A DNA stretch of 20,000 bases, taken from contig QPGO01000048.1 of the NCBI GenBank assembly GCA_008632985.1, forward strand, positions 491,839-511,838. Direction: 5' to 3'. How positions within the stretch are numbered: position 1 is the stretch's first letter; each line of letters opens with the position of its first letter. Shown in pieces: positions 1 to 11,307 of this stretch. The notes under the pieces were generated by a model. It did not search any database and had not been told where the DNA came from. It was given only the letters and a program-made list of their open reading frames with translations. The position numbers and the translations under genes were made by a program. The DNA comes from Psammoneis japonica. Lineage: Eukaryota.

Positions 1-1750
1 GTGTGTCTTGTGGCACACAACTCCTGAACAAAGCATCTGCTGAACTGGCATCAAGTGATGTTTGAACAGTGCCTTTAATGATGCCACCCACCACTGACCA
101 CTGGAACAAAAAGTGCTTCTTTGTGACTGGGGTGGCTGCCAAGAAATCTCCTGTGCAGCTCTTTGATTTTGTGCCTGCTTTTCAACACCAGCTGCTCTTG
201 TTCTCAGCTCACCCTGCAGTGCCAACACTGACCTTCTCAGATGGTGTTTTGTGCTGGGTGTGTGACAAGCTAATGTTGGCCATTTCTGCAGTGCAAGAAC
301 CACATCACAGGATGACAAGCAATGTTGTCTGGCAGAAAACTGCAAGCATTGATGCCTTGTGAGCTGCAAGCTTGCTGCCCTTTGTCATGATTTTCTGCTG
401 ATTCAGCAAACGTTCCATGCAGGCTCCAGCAGCACAAATCCTGTGTGCTTCAGAAATGACCTCCAATGATTGCTTCATCAAATCTCTAAACTTCTGTCCA
501 TGCCCATCAGTGATTGTCAATGATCTTGTTTTCTTCTGTTGGCTTGTCAAGTTCTTCACTCCAAGTTGTGAAAGTGCCATTTCTGTGGTTGTGGCACTCA
601 TGACTGTCAGCTTCAGTCAACGTTTGGCATCACTTGGCTGCCATTGTCCATTTCTGTGCAAGATCCAGTGCTGTCTCTATGTGCAACACATCAACGCATT
701 TCACTTCATGACTCCCAGTCCTGAACAAACTCTCTCTTAATTGCTGGCACATCAAGCTTGCTGCTCTGTGTGGCAAACTTTCTGCTGTTGCCACAGCACC
801 CAAAAGTGTGAAGTTGAGTCTCTCCTTGCCAAAAGCAAGCTGGTGCTGTGGAAGCCACACTTCTGTCTTAGAACTCATGCTGCTCTTAAACCAAGTTCTG
901 AGTGTGACTTTTCTTTGCCATTTGGGCATGGCTGCCATGGTTTCAGTCCCAAAGAAAGCAACAACTCCTGCTTTGTGCCATTTTGTTGTTGCCATCAGGT
1001 GCTGCCACAAGGTGGCATCAACCTTGGCCAGCCCTTGCATCCTTCTGCTGCACACTCCTGTGTGCTGGAAGTGCAGGTCAACCATGTCAGCCTTGCTGGC
1101 AAATGGCACAATGACAGCACTCAAAGCTGGATTTGAGGTTGTCAAGTTTGTGCCTCCAGCTTGGCCAGATTGTGGCCTTCTCAAATGGTCTGACAAACAG
1201 CTCCACCTTGGTGTGCATGGCTGCTTGGTTGCTCTCTTCGTAGAAGGCTTGTGTGCAGGTGGGGATTGAAGTCTTGCACTCACAAGAATGGTTGCTTTTT
1301 TGTTTTGGCACCTTTGCAGATGCTGACAACTTGCACCTTGATGACAGGCCATGGACCTTTCAGATGGGGTGGTCTTTGCTTGGAATGCCTTGCCAGCTTT
1401 ACACTGCTCATTTGTGTTGCCAAGGCATCTTTGTTCATGCTCTTGAAGATCTCAACTTAAATTGGCTGATTGGCAGCACACTGGCCCAGTGGTGCCTTGT
1501 CACACTGGTTGGAATTTGTTGCCACGGCACAGTGTGGCACCAACTTGGTCTGTCCTTGGTGTTTGATGCAGGTGGGGCTGAGAGCACTTGGTGGTGCAGC
1601 CATGTGCTTTTCTCAGCAGCCCATGGGTGCAGGCCAGCCAGTTGAATCTTGATGATCTTGTTCTCAAAACTGTGAGCACTCATCCACATGGGACTCATGT
1701 CTGGCCACTTCCAACATTTGTTGGTGTACTCTGCAACTCTCTCCTGCAAG
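1..1750. other. Degenerate block depleted of both CpG and TpA; probable hypermutated repeat/TE remnant, family not identifiable
   Basis: By-eye count in 1-600: about 3 TA and 1 CG. TG/CA is very abundant. Overlapping ORFs are Cys/His/Gln/Trp-rich, nearly Tyr-free and have no recognisable domain. Composition returns to normal between ~1750 and 2060. Confidence 0.6.
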
Positions 1751-2146
1751 CTTGCTTCGCGTCGTTTGGAGCCACTTTGTTCAATCATGCACACATCATT
1801 GCCGTCGTCGACTTTTCGCATGCGTCGAGCCACCAGGGCGCTCACCAAGCTTGTGTGGCTGTGCCCTCTCTCTACGGTATACTTAAGAGCAGGAGAGAGT
1901 CAATCCAGCTGCGACAGATTCTGGTGTCTATCCTGCTGCAGAGAGAAGAAGGAGCGAGCATATGGTGTTCAATACAGTATAGCGACACACAATCGACCTT
2001 CACTGAGCTTTCTATGGACCTTAGAGCTCTACTTGTTCAGTGTTTCCCGCTGCCATTGTTTTAAAATTGAAGGAGGCTTTGCCGTCACACATTTGACATG
2101 TAGCCAAGTGCATAAGGTCTATTCAGCACCGCGTGTTGCGCAAGTC

Positions 2147-2814
2147 TTAGAGGGGCTCATTAGACGCGACCCACATGCGTTCCTTTGTCGTTGTTGTGTC
2201 CTGTTGCTCGCCGAGCTCAACGGCTTTGACAATGTCGTTCTTAATTGCTTCAATTAGTTTGTCGATGCCTTCGAAAGGGAGCTCTGGACGGAGATAACCC
2301 ACCACCGACAAGCGAATCGGCTCGCCATAAAACTCCCGCAACACAGTCTCACCGCAGCTTGACAAGTGCCGTCTGCTATCTTGGTCAGAAGCGATCAAAT
2401 GAGGCTCAACAGTTTTTTCCTTGTTGCCATATGTAGGGTTATATCCAATCGAAATCGCCGCCTTGAACACTCGACAGGCATCCTCGTCTTCTTTGCTGCT
2501 ACTTGGGTCGCCGATCCGAGCAAACCCCCAATAGATGCCGCACGGTAGCTCACCAAAGTTCACGCCGTGATATGAACCAGAATCACGAGAAAGGTTCGCT
2601 GTTGGAACTGTGCAGTTCAAAAGTCATCAGAATTTTACGTTACATTACAGTTGGGGGTAGAGAGACGCCAACGAATATGTGACTTACTGCCTAAATCGGA
2701 GCTTCCCCTTCCGAATCCTCGTACAACAGTGCTTGTCATTCTTATGGGCAACTGCGAGTTTGCGATCCCATCTCCGTTGATGGCGCCATTTTCTCGGGTC
2801 ATTTCGCTCTTCAT
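2147..2814 (-). CDS. RFK: Riboflavin kinase (2 exons: 2814-2688, 2607-2147; ~195 aa)
   Basis: Splicing the GT-AG intron 2687-2608 gives VVRGFGRGSSDLGIPTANL. Also present are AAISIGYNPTYGN, TVEPHLI and GYLRPELPF, all hallmark flavokinase motifs. Confidence 0.93.
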
Positions 2815-3186
2815 AGTCGTCTTTCTTGGCAACCAACAGCAACCGGTTGGGCAACCGTGATGGCTTACTGTACCTACTTCTCTCGAAGCTGTTGCAACAC
2901 GAAACGCGATCTTGAAGCAGGGCGCAGTTGGCAGATGGCATGATAATGGATGATGGCAGCGCAACCTGCGCGCGCACCGAAACCACTCATAGCACACGAC
3001 ACAACACCCAACACACCATCTACTCTCTCTAGAGAGCTACAGTAGCTACCGTACTAGATATCACTACTTCTATCACTCGACAAGCTTGCAGTTTATTCAG
3101 TTATCGCTTTGAGTTTGCGGGGGATCACCATCTTTAATCTATAGCGTGAACCTACCGTATTCACACAGAGAAATTCCCCTAGTAAA

Positions 3187-4365
3187 ATGGAATTGAATCC
3201 TTGTCGAACTGTTGTTACGAATTTCGCGTCTCGTTCCTCACCTCATACAGCTTCCGCTTTAACGAATGAGGACAGTGATGTGTATGAAAAGGGTGTGTGG
3301 GTGCTCTTTGTCGCTGCCAACTCTTTCAGCCAAAGTAGAAAATGGATAAGTGCCGCTTTAAGTAGTGGTGACATTTGTACGTACGATCAGGAGCGGCTGC
3401 AGCAGATCCATTCAAAAGCGTGCGCACATGGTGACGCCAGTGTCACCGATTTAACAGTCGGCGGCGAAAATTTGCTAGCGAGTTCTGGAAAAGATGGAAG
3501 TGTATGCCTATTTGACATTCGGCAGCCATCAGTTGCCCTCCAGTTTCATCTGACCCGTTCTGAGGAAGCTCTGTCTGTCAGTATCGGATATGATGGTGCA
3601 TTGGCAGCTGTGGGAGGGAGTAGGGCGAAGATCCATTTCTTTGATCTACGACAAGGGGGGAGTCTATTGGGTTCCTACGTAGATTGCCACACTGAAGAAG
3701 TAACGAGGGTTAGATTTCAACCGAATCCTGAAAATGAATGCACCACTACGCCAACGCTGGTTTCCGCATCAGAAGATGGATTGGCGTGCGTTTTCGACAC
3801 CAGTCAGCCGTCAGAGGATGCTGCATTGACGTCTGTTTTGAATATTCAAACGCCTCTACGTGACATTGGTTTCTTTGGCCCTTCGTATGAAGGATTGTAT
3901 TGCTTAACCGGCAGCGAAACAATGAGCATATGGCACCACAACTCAGCACAGCGCATATGCGATTTTGGAATGGACTTGCGGTCGAAGCTTTCGCGGGCTG
4001 CTGGAGGCTTAAACATTGACTACCTCGTTGGCTGCAGTTGGGACTCCAAGTTGAGCAGACTATCACTATTGTCAGGTAACTCCAATGGTGGGGCCGCTCT
4101 TTTCATGGTGGATGCCAAATCCATCACGTTGGACCATTTACTTTGTGGTGGACACAAAGGCTGTGTCCGAAGTTGGTGCGCCCTTTCACAGACGTCATTT
4201 GTAACAGGTGGAGAAGACGCGCGTCTGTGTGAATGGAATCGATCAAACAGCGGAGACTCGTCTTCAACTATGGCGGTTACCAGGAACTGTGTGAAAACGC
4301 CAGCTGTGACAAGAGGTATCCCCAGTCGACGAGAGAGGAAGAAACAGACAATGGCACCTTATTAG
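3187..4365 (+). CDS. WDR89: WD40-repeat protein, WDR89-like (392 aa, intronless)
   Basis: WD repeats (LASSGKDGSVCLFD, HTEEVTRVRF, LVSASEDGLACVFD, GHKGCVRS, FVTGGEDARLCEW) and a basic C-terminal tail ending in APY, as in WDR89 orthologues. Confidence 0.8.
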   Translation: MELNPCRTVVTNFASRSSPHTASALTNEDSDVYEKGVWVLFVAANSFSQSRKWISAALSSGDICTYDQERLQQIHSKACAHGDASVTDLTVGGENLLASSGKDGSVCLFDIRQPSVALQFHLTRSEEALSVSIGYDGALAAVGGSRAKIHFFDLRQGGSLLGSYVDCHTEEVTRVRFQPNPENECTTTPTLVSASEDGLACVFDTSQPSEDAALTSVLNIQTPLRDIGFFGPSYEGLYCLTGSETMSIWHHNSAQRICDFGMDLRSKLSRAAGGLNIDYLVGCSWDSKLSRLSLLSGNSNGGAALFMVDAKSITLDHLLCGGHKGCVRSWCALSQTSFVTGGEDARLCEWNRSNSGDSSSTMAVTRNCVKTPAVTRGIPSRRERKKQTMAPY

Positions 4366-4959
4366 GTCTCCGACAGGTCATTGCTATTGCAGTAGAAGCG
4401 AGACGTTTCTTCGTCACTCTTTATTTCCTTCATTGTCTTTCAGCATACCTTGAGCAAAAGATAGACAAGGAACATGGTGGAATTCGAAGTTCGGGGTGCA
4501 GAAAGAACTGGGAAAACACCGCCTACAGATTATGCGTGATTTAGTCATCGGTGTTTTGACACGACCTTCATGCGAAAAGTCCTAGGGCCCTACTTTAGCT
4601 TTAACCCAAGCTCCAAATAGCCGTAACCAGCCTTACACTAGTTCATCACCGTTTGCTGGCAAGTAAAGAAGAAGAGACAGAAGTTGCTCTGGCGCTCACT
4701 TGGAAGGAAGCACCCAGAGCCTCATGCCTTTTTGGTTTTGTCGACGGCACAGGGGAAAAAGTAAGGATGCGGAACACGATAACTTTTGAATTTCTCATTC
4801 CGAGTTTTTGCGGCCTTACCTGAAGCAGCCGCTAATCACATCGCAAAGACCAGATGCAGTCCCCAGGAAGGACACGTCTGGAACCATCCCATTTAGGCGC
4901 ATTGTATGAAATATCAGGTTGATCTGTCGTAGAATTGACAGATGGCTTTTTGCGAGGGC

Positions 4960-5349
4960 GGCTTTGTTGATTGCACTTGTGCTTCCATTTGAGCACACAT
5001 GCCTTGAACAGGGAAGGTGTCGGGAACACAGTCACCACAGCAAAAGCACCCTCCTCCAAAATGCCTGCTTTGCTGAAGAAAAGATGAGGAAACAATGTTG
5101 AGAGCACAAGAAATGACACTTTCGGCCCCATTGCTCAAGAAAAGCATGCCCAATGCAGCCATTGACAACATTGCACCATCCACCAGAGTTGGGGTGCACA
5201 TTAAAAAAACCACTCGCAACTCTGAAGGCAAGGGCACTGGTGGAAATTTTTTCACAAGTGCCGTGGACTTCAGCCTTGGCTCCACCAGGAAACAACTCTG
5301 ACAAGCAACACAGTGGCAATTGTCTTGTCAACATCCTGTCAAGCATGAC

Positions 5350-5382
<33 letters not shown>

Positions 5383-7860
5383 TCAAAGCATTGCTCAAGC
5401 ACAGGAAGGAGTTGGCTTGGGGTCAATTGCTTGTCACTCCAGCACAGCACATTGTTGCATCTGTCCACACATTGCCAGAGACGAGCTGTCTGCTTTTCCA
5501 CTGGCATCTTGCCAAAAATCTTCTGGCTTGGCCATCTTCTTTTTGGGGCAGCTCAAAAGTGACAAAGCTCAGTGCCATCCAAGCCAACATTTCCTGAGCT
5601 GCCAGTGACAGAAAGCTGCTGGGGTGCCCCTTTGACAGCCAGCACAGGGGATGCACAGTGTTTTTTTTTTCCTGGCTTTTCCATTTTCTCAGCTTGCAAT
5701 GGGGAAAGCAGCTCACAATCTAGATGGTCACTTGCCTTTCCTCATGCTGCTCCACTTGTTTGGGAAGTCTTGCCCCAAGTTTGTGCAGTGTTGTCAGATG
5801 TGTGCTCGCAGGGTCAGCTGTGGCATGTGCTGTGTCACAGCAGCAGTGGAGCAGCATTGCTGATGATGAGACTGTTGTCCAGGCTCATGGGAGCTTTGCT
5901 GTGCATTTTCACAGGGGCGCGCCAATCAACCATGGCAAAGTGTTGTGCTTTCTTCAGGGTTTTTGTTGTCAAGTGATGCAATGCCAGTGAAGCTCCATCT
6001 AGAGCCATGAGCCATTTGGCAAACATTGACCAAGTCATGATCTTGTTGACTTGCATGTCTCATGCAGTGCACCTCATCACATGCCTCAAATTTTAGTTGG
6101 ATTTTTAATTGCAGTTGCTGCACTCAAAGTCTGTGCCACCAGGAAAATGAATGAAGGGCACCTGCTTTGCATGGAGGCATGCACATGAGAGAATCCACAC
6201 AGCCAAAGCAGGGCTGCATGGGGCTGATGACAACCACACTGTCCAGAGGCTTGAGATGGAAAAGACATGGTGGGGAGCACAGCACTTTCTAAAAAGGGAG
6301 CCAGCATGTTTGCACCACAGAAACAAGTGCAATTGTTTGCTGTGCTGCTCTGATGTTGTCACACAACAGCACCCAAATTGCAGCAGAGCCCACCACTCAA
6401 CACAGCATGCAGACATCATCCTGGAGCACAAGCACATGAGTGTGATCATGCTCATGACCAGTTGAAATTCAGCAAAAATTTGGGTGTCACAAAAGGCGCA
6501 AAAGATGCAAATGAGGCAGTGACCATGGCATGGTAAATGTTTTCTCTTTCTCAAAAGCTGTGAACCAAGGTGGAGTTCTGCCAGGCATCATGTTGCTCTT
6601 GAGCAACAACAAGGGCCACGTGAAGGTGCAGCACTTTGCTGTGGTTGACCGACACTCTGTGAAAATGTGCAGCAAAAAGCTGCCAGTGGTTGCCAGTGAT
6701 TTTTACATCCACAGAGTCAAACTAGCACCCCACCTCTTTTCCTTGTTGTTCAAACACACTGGGCAGCCATGTGTGCACACATGCAGCCACCTGCATGATG
6801 CGCACACATGCGCGCAGCACACATGCTGCATGAGAAGGGGGCAGGGCACAGAGCACACACCTCTCCTCTTGGACTCATCAATTTCATGGACTGCCAGTGT
6901 CCAAGTTTGCCAGAGAGACAACATGATTGCCAGGGCTCCCACAGGTGTGGGAACTCACACAGCTGGGGTGTGGTGACCATGTCTCTTGTGTGCACAATGC
7001 GCTGCACAAACCCACAAACCAGGGCTCCCTTTTTCAGGCTGCAGGTGCTTTGGCTGTCATTGTGGTTGGCTGATGTTTGCCCAATCCAGTTGTTTTGATC
7101 TTTGAGTGCACACTTTCATGTGGTGCCACAATGTGTAATGATCAAGAATGAGTTTGGATGTTTCCATTTCTTCTCCCCCCCCCCCAGGTTGCTTGTTCCC
7201 TTTGTTGCTGGTTGTTCATTGTCCACAACCCAGCCAAAATGCTGTGGAGCTTGTTTGCAAAACTTTGTGGCCCATTGTCACATGGATTCTCACCCCACCC
7301 CTCAGAGCTGGAGCATGCAGAGATCACCACTTGAAGTGCTGCTGTGTGTGAGACATCACATGATGTTGCTGGTTGGTGAGAGCAGCAGAGTGATCCCTGT
7401 TGTTTGGCGCCATTCTGACAGAAAGCAAAAGTGGTTGTGACAAGCTCTGCCTGCCAATTTGTGTCCATGTTCCCAATCTTGTTGGATCTTGCATCATCAA
7501 CAAAGAGGGCAGGGCATTGTTGCAAAGTTGTGTGCTCACAGATTCAGGCAAAAAGATGGCGGGTCAGTCGGGGCAGCTCTGTTCTTGCTGCATCAGGAAG
7601 AAAGAGATTCTCAGCTTCCTGCACCCACCTTTCTTGTGCTGTGGGCTCTCTCTGCTCCACTGCCTTGCTGTTTGTAACACACTCCAGTGCGGGCAGTTTT
7701 GCGCCAGCAGAGAGTGAGCATTGGCCAGCTCCTTGGCTGTTCATTTGGCTGTCCGCAGGCGCTTCTTTTGAAAAGCTGAAACCTTCTTCCCACCCATTTG
7801 ACTTGGATGGCAGCAAGTTGCCAATTGGACAAGGGACACTTTGTTGGCTGGCTGTGTGGG
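4960..7860. other. Second degenerate block depleted of CpG and TpA; probable hypermutated repeat/TE remnant(s)
   Basis: Same TG/CA-rich, TA- and CG-poor composition as 1-1750. Many short overlapping ORFs with no credible protein. No terminal repeats could be found by eye; boundaries are approximate. Confidence 0.6.
5354..5379 (+). repeat. (AG)13 microsatellite
   Basis: Perfect dinucleotide run read directly from the sequence. Confidence 0.95.
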
Positions 7861-8027
7861 AATGTACTTCTACGCAAGAGGCTCTCAGGGCAGATCACCG
7901 GACCGCTTGACCGCAGTGCGTGGGCCCCGTGGCCACAAAATGTCTACTACCGTACAGCCACCCATCATTCCTGTCCGTCCAACAGCGCTGACACAGACAG
8001 ATGGACAGACTTCCAGTGTCCTTGCGT

Positions 8028-8040
8028 GCGCGCGCGCGCG
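8028..8040. repeat. (GC)6G alternating tract upstream of the kinase gene
   Basis: gcgcgcgcgcgcg, about 110 bp upstream of the ATG at 8150. Confidence 0.85.
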
Positions 8041-8149
8041 TCCTCTCCATTGCCACTTCGAAGCGCCAAAGCCGCAGTCATGGCAATGGCAAGCGACCGG
8101 CTCCCGGCATTAACCGCTGACAACTGAGATCTCATTGGCGGTCATTTCA

Positions 8150-9600
8150 ATGAACGAAGCAGTAGATTATGAGGAAGAGAGCATTGTCCGTACGGTTTCT
8201 CCATCTGTTCTGCGGGAAACTGCAGCTGAAGTATTTGAAGAAGCTGCGGCACACAACTCAGTCTTCAACATCGATGCGGAAGAGAGATTGCCGCGCTTTG
8301 AGAAATCCGAAATAAAATGCGGACGTGTTCTTGGTGAGGGTGGTTTCTGCGAAGTTCGAGAAATAAAAGCCTTTGATCTAGAGTTTGCGCCTCATAAGAT
8401 GGCTTCTCGTCGTCAGAACTCGTTGAAGTCCAGTCAGAAGACTGAGGAAGCATCAACGATTTCGTCACCAGATTCTCGAGAGAAATTGTTTTGGAGCAAG
8501 AACGGAAAGGGTAAATCTCATTATTGCGTGAAGATGCTATCGGCTTATGCGGGTGAAAGCCGGAAGAGAAGCGCGGAAATTGTCAAAGCAATCGTTGATC
8601 TAGCGTTGGAGGCAAAGTTTCTGGCAGCACTGGACCATCCCCACATTATTAAGTTGGCTGGAACGTCTCGTGTTTCTCCTTTCGAGACTGGATACTTCTT
8701 GGTGTTGGAAATGTTGCCTGAAACGCTCGACACAAGAAGAAGAAAATGGGTCGTGATCGACGGACAATGTAAAGGCGTGACTGGAGCCCTGACGGGTGGC
8801 AAACGAAAGAAGTTTGCTTTTTACCGTGAGCGCTTACAGGTCGCTCATGACATTGCTAACGCAATGGGATACATGCATGGAATGAATATAGTTTATCGTG
8901 ATTTGGTGAGTGAGCCACGTATTCGCGGGCTTGTCCATTATCTTATCTGCACTAACGGTTGTCATTTCAATCGTCACTTTTCACGATGAAGAAACCAAGC
9001 AATATTGGTTTTGATAGACATCGTGTTGTAAAGCTGTTTGACCTAGGTAAGCACTCTGTGACTGCATTGACTGGGTCTGTTTGCTTCGTGACTCCAGAAA
9101 TGGAGGACCTATGGATAATGGTACTCTTGTACGCTACAACCTGTCTGTTGATACTGTATTTCCATTTTCGATGTGCTTGTGGTGACCTAGGTTTGGCAAA
9201 GCAACTTCGCGAGGACGAGAAAGAAGACGATGGCACTTACAGAATGACCGCAATGACTGGGTCCATTCGCTACATGGCTCCAGAGGTTGGAAGACCTGTC
9301 AACAAGGGTACTCTTGCGAACTACAACCTGTCGGTTGATGTATATTCATTTTCTATGTGCTTGTGGTTCATTATGTCGTTGGAGCCGCCATTTAGTCTTT
9401 GGAGCAGTCACACCATTGTCACCAAAGTGTTTCAAGAGGGAAAACGCCCTGTGACGCTCGCGATATGGTCAGATGGGTTGAAAAATTTGATGAGAAAATG
9501 CTGGAAGGAAAAGCCAACAAGTAGACCTAGTTTTGAGCGCGTCCAAGAAATGATCCTCGATGAAATTAGCATCGTTGAGTCAACAACAAAGGCAAAATGA
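8150..9600 (+). CDS. Protein kinase, probably TKL-like family common in diatoms (3 exons: 8150-8905, 8992-9046, 9191-9600; ~406 aa)
   Basis: Motifs LGEGGFCEV, YCVK, EAKFLAALDHPHIIK, YRDL|KPSNIGFD, KLFDL|GLAK, TGSIRYMAPE and DVYSF. Two GT-AG introns restore the frame (1221 nt spliced). Confidence 0.9.
9047..9190 (+). other. Kinase intron 2 (144 bp), a decayed duplicate of downstream exon sequence 9244-9367
   Basis: gtaagc...cctag boundaries. TGACCTAG|GT occurs at both junctions. Roughly 75-80% identity by eye to exon 3. Confidence 0.85.
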
Positions 9601-9680
9601 AGCACAGGCTTAGTAGACATATATTATAGAGACGAAGATTTTTCTACTCCATGGATTGCCAGATCTTCAATTTGTCGCAA

Positions 9681-10825
9681 TCAAGAACTTCGAATCGTAA
9701 GAGACGAAGCTCCACCCGACTGCCCGCCACGGCCCTGACCGACCCGCGGTACGTACTTTGTATCTGCAATCTCGCATCGATAGAACGAGACGGTGCTCGT
9801 TGAGTTAACGTCTGCCACCTGAAAGAGTTGAGATAAAGAAAAAAAATGAAAAGACGGATTCAAAATTCCCCGAAACTTCCACGTCGACAGCATGTGTTGC
9901 TACTTGTAGGAATAAAATGACGTACCGCTCCGATTTTTCCATTTCCAACATTTCCAGTCCAGAAGATGTCTTCAAATGAAGCTTCGGCACCGTCGTGGTA
10001 GAAGGTCAGAGATGCGGTGTGCGCCCCTTTGAACGTAATACCGCGTACCAGAACATTCTTGGCGTGGGGACCAAACGCAAGATGTGTCCCCCGTACATCC
10101 ACAACACAGTACTCGCATTCGATAAGAATGTTTTCTGCGTTGACATAAATAGGCCCCTTGCCCTTCAGTGTGGCTCCAGAGCATATCGTTAGCACCACAT
10201 CTTCTTCATAATAGAAAGAGCTATCCGAGAGGGCTCCATTCTGGCCTACGGCAAATGAAGAATAGTGCTCATTCCATCGCAAAAACCTTTCGGCACTCAA
10301 AGCATTTGCCTCTTGCACGGCTGCCTTTAGCGTGGCCCAGTCAGAGAACCCCATGGTAACACCGTCTTTGCACAACGTCGGATGAACAGTACGTTTCCTA
10401 AGCTCGACGTCCACGTTTTTTGGCGCATTCTCACTTTCTTGAATTACAGGCAAAGTTTCATGGTCAGATCCCTGTAGAAGCACATTTCCAGACATTATAT
10501 CATCGTCTAAAGTAGTGACACGGCGGGCGTTGACAACGAGGTCATCATTCGAGACCTGAAGATTCTTTTTCAGTGAAATGAAAGAATGCCTGGCGAACAT
10601 AGCACCAAATGCAACCACACCAATCGTGAAAATACCAAGTATCATCTTTGAACTTCTCAATATTGTCAGAATGCTTTGACTCTCTTTCATATCGTTTGGG
10701 CTCGCGGCATGCGCCTGCGCGTCCATCTTGAGCTTCGGGTGTTGTTGTTTGTGCGCAGGTTGCTGCTGGCTCTTGCGGCTTGACGACTGAGACTGCTGCC
10801 CTTTATGCTTCTTGTGACCACCCAT
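9681..10825 (-). CDS. Hypothetical type-II membrane protein with a possible beta-helix-like C-terminal domain (2 exons: 10825-9926, 9818-9681; ~345 aa)
   Basis: Long ORF with a basic/Gln-rich N-terminus, one hydrophobic segment (MILGIFTIGVVAFGAMFA) and a beta-rich C-terminal region. GT-AG intron 9925-9819 has a strong pyrimidine tract and keeps the frame. The fold assignment is a guess. Confidence 0.7.
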
Positions 10826-11307
10826 CTTGAAAGTGTTCCTTGATTTTGAAAGAGAGGAGTGCTACGTAACGTTCGTTTCAACTTTCAACCCGTCCCAAGA
10901 GTAAGTTGTAAGATAGTTACCGGTGCGTGCATGCAAAAAACAAAAACAACACTCGACACTCGAGCCTCGAACGTGTTGTTTCACGGACGGTAAGGCAGAC
11001 GCACCACTGACAAAGGTCTTATCTAGCTAGAAGTATCTTACCGTACTTGCTTGGTTATGCCTACGGTATCTTGCCTTTTGCTGCTACTCATACATTTTAG
11101 CTACTAAGTAGAGGTACCGGTAGAATAAAAGTCTCTCTAGAGCGAGTATGTAGGCCTTTCTAGCTATGTAGCTAGAGGCTCTCTAAAGAGAGCTAGTAGG
11201 CCTAGACTGACAGCTGGATGGCTAGTTCTACAATTGGTGTGGTTTGGGGACACGTAGAATGCGTCGAAATGCTCAGCAGTCCAAAGAACAGAGAAAGAGC
11301 GCTTAAA

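Noticed and set aside
69..1652. Many overlapping 60-240 aa ORFs on both strands
   Set aside because: No recognisable domains. They are Cys/His/Trp-rich by-products of TAA/TAG depletion.
1..7860. Classical fungal RIP as the cause of the biased blocks
   Set aside because: RIP depletes CpA/TpG and enriches TpA; the opposite is seen here.
4560..7960. Terminal inverted repeats or target-site duplications bounding the degenerate block
   Set aside because: No convincing match found by eye.
4816..8127. Dozens of short ORFs, some Cys-rich and metallothionein-like
   Set aside because: Explained by the TG/CA-rich composition; no coherent gene structure.
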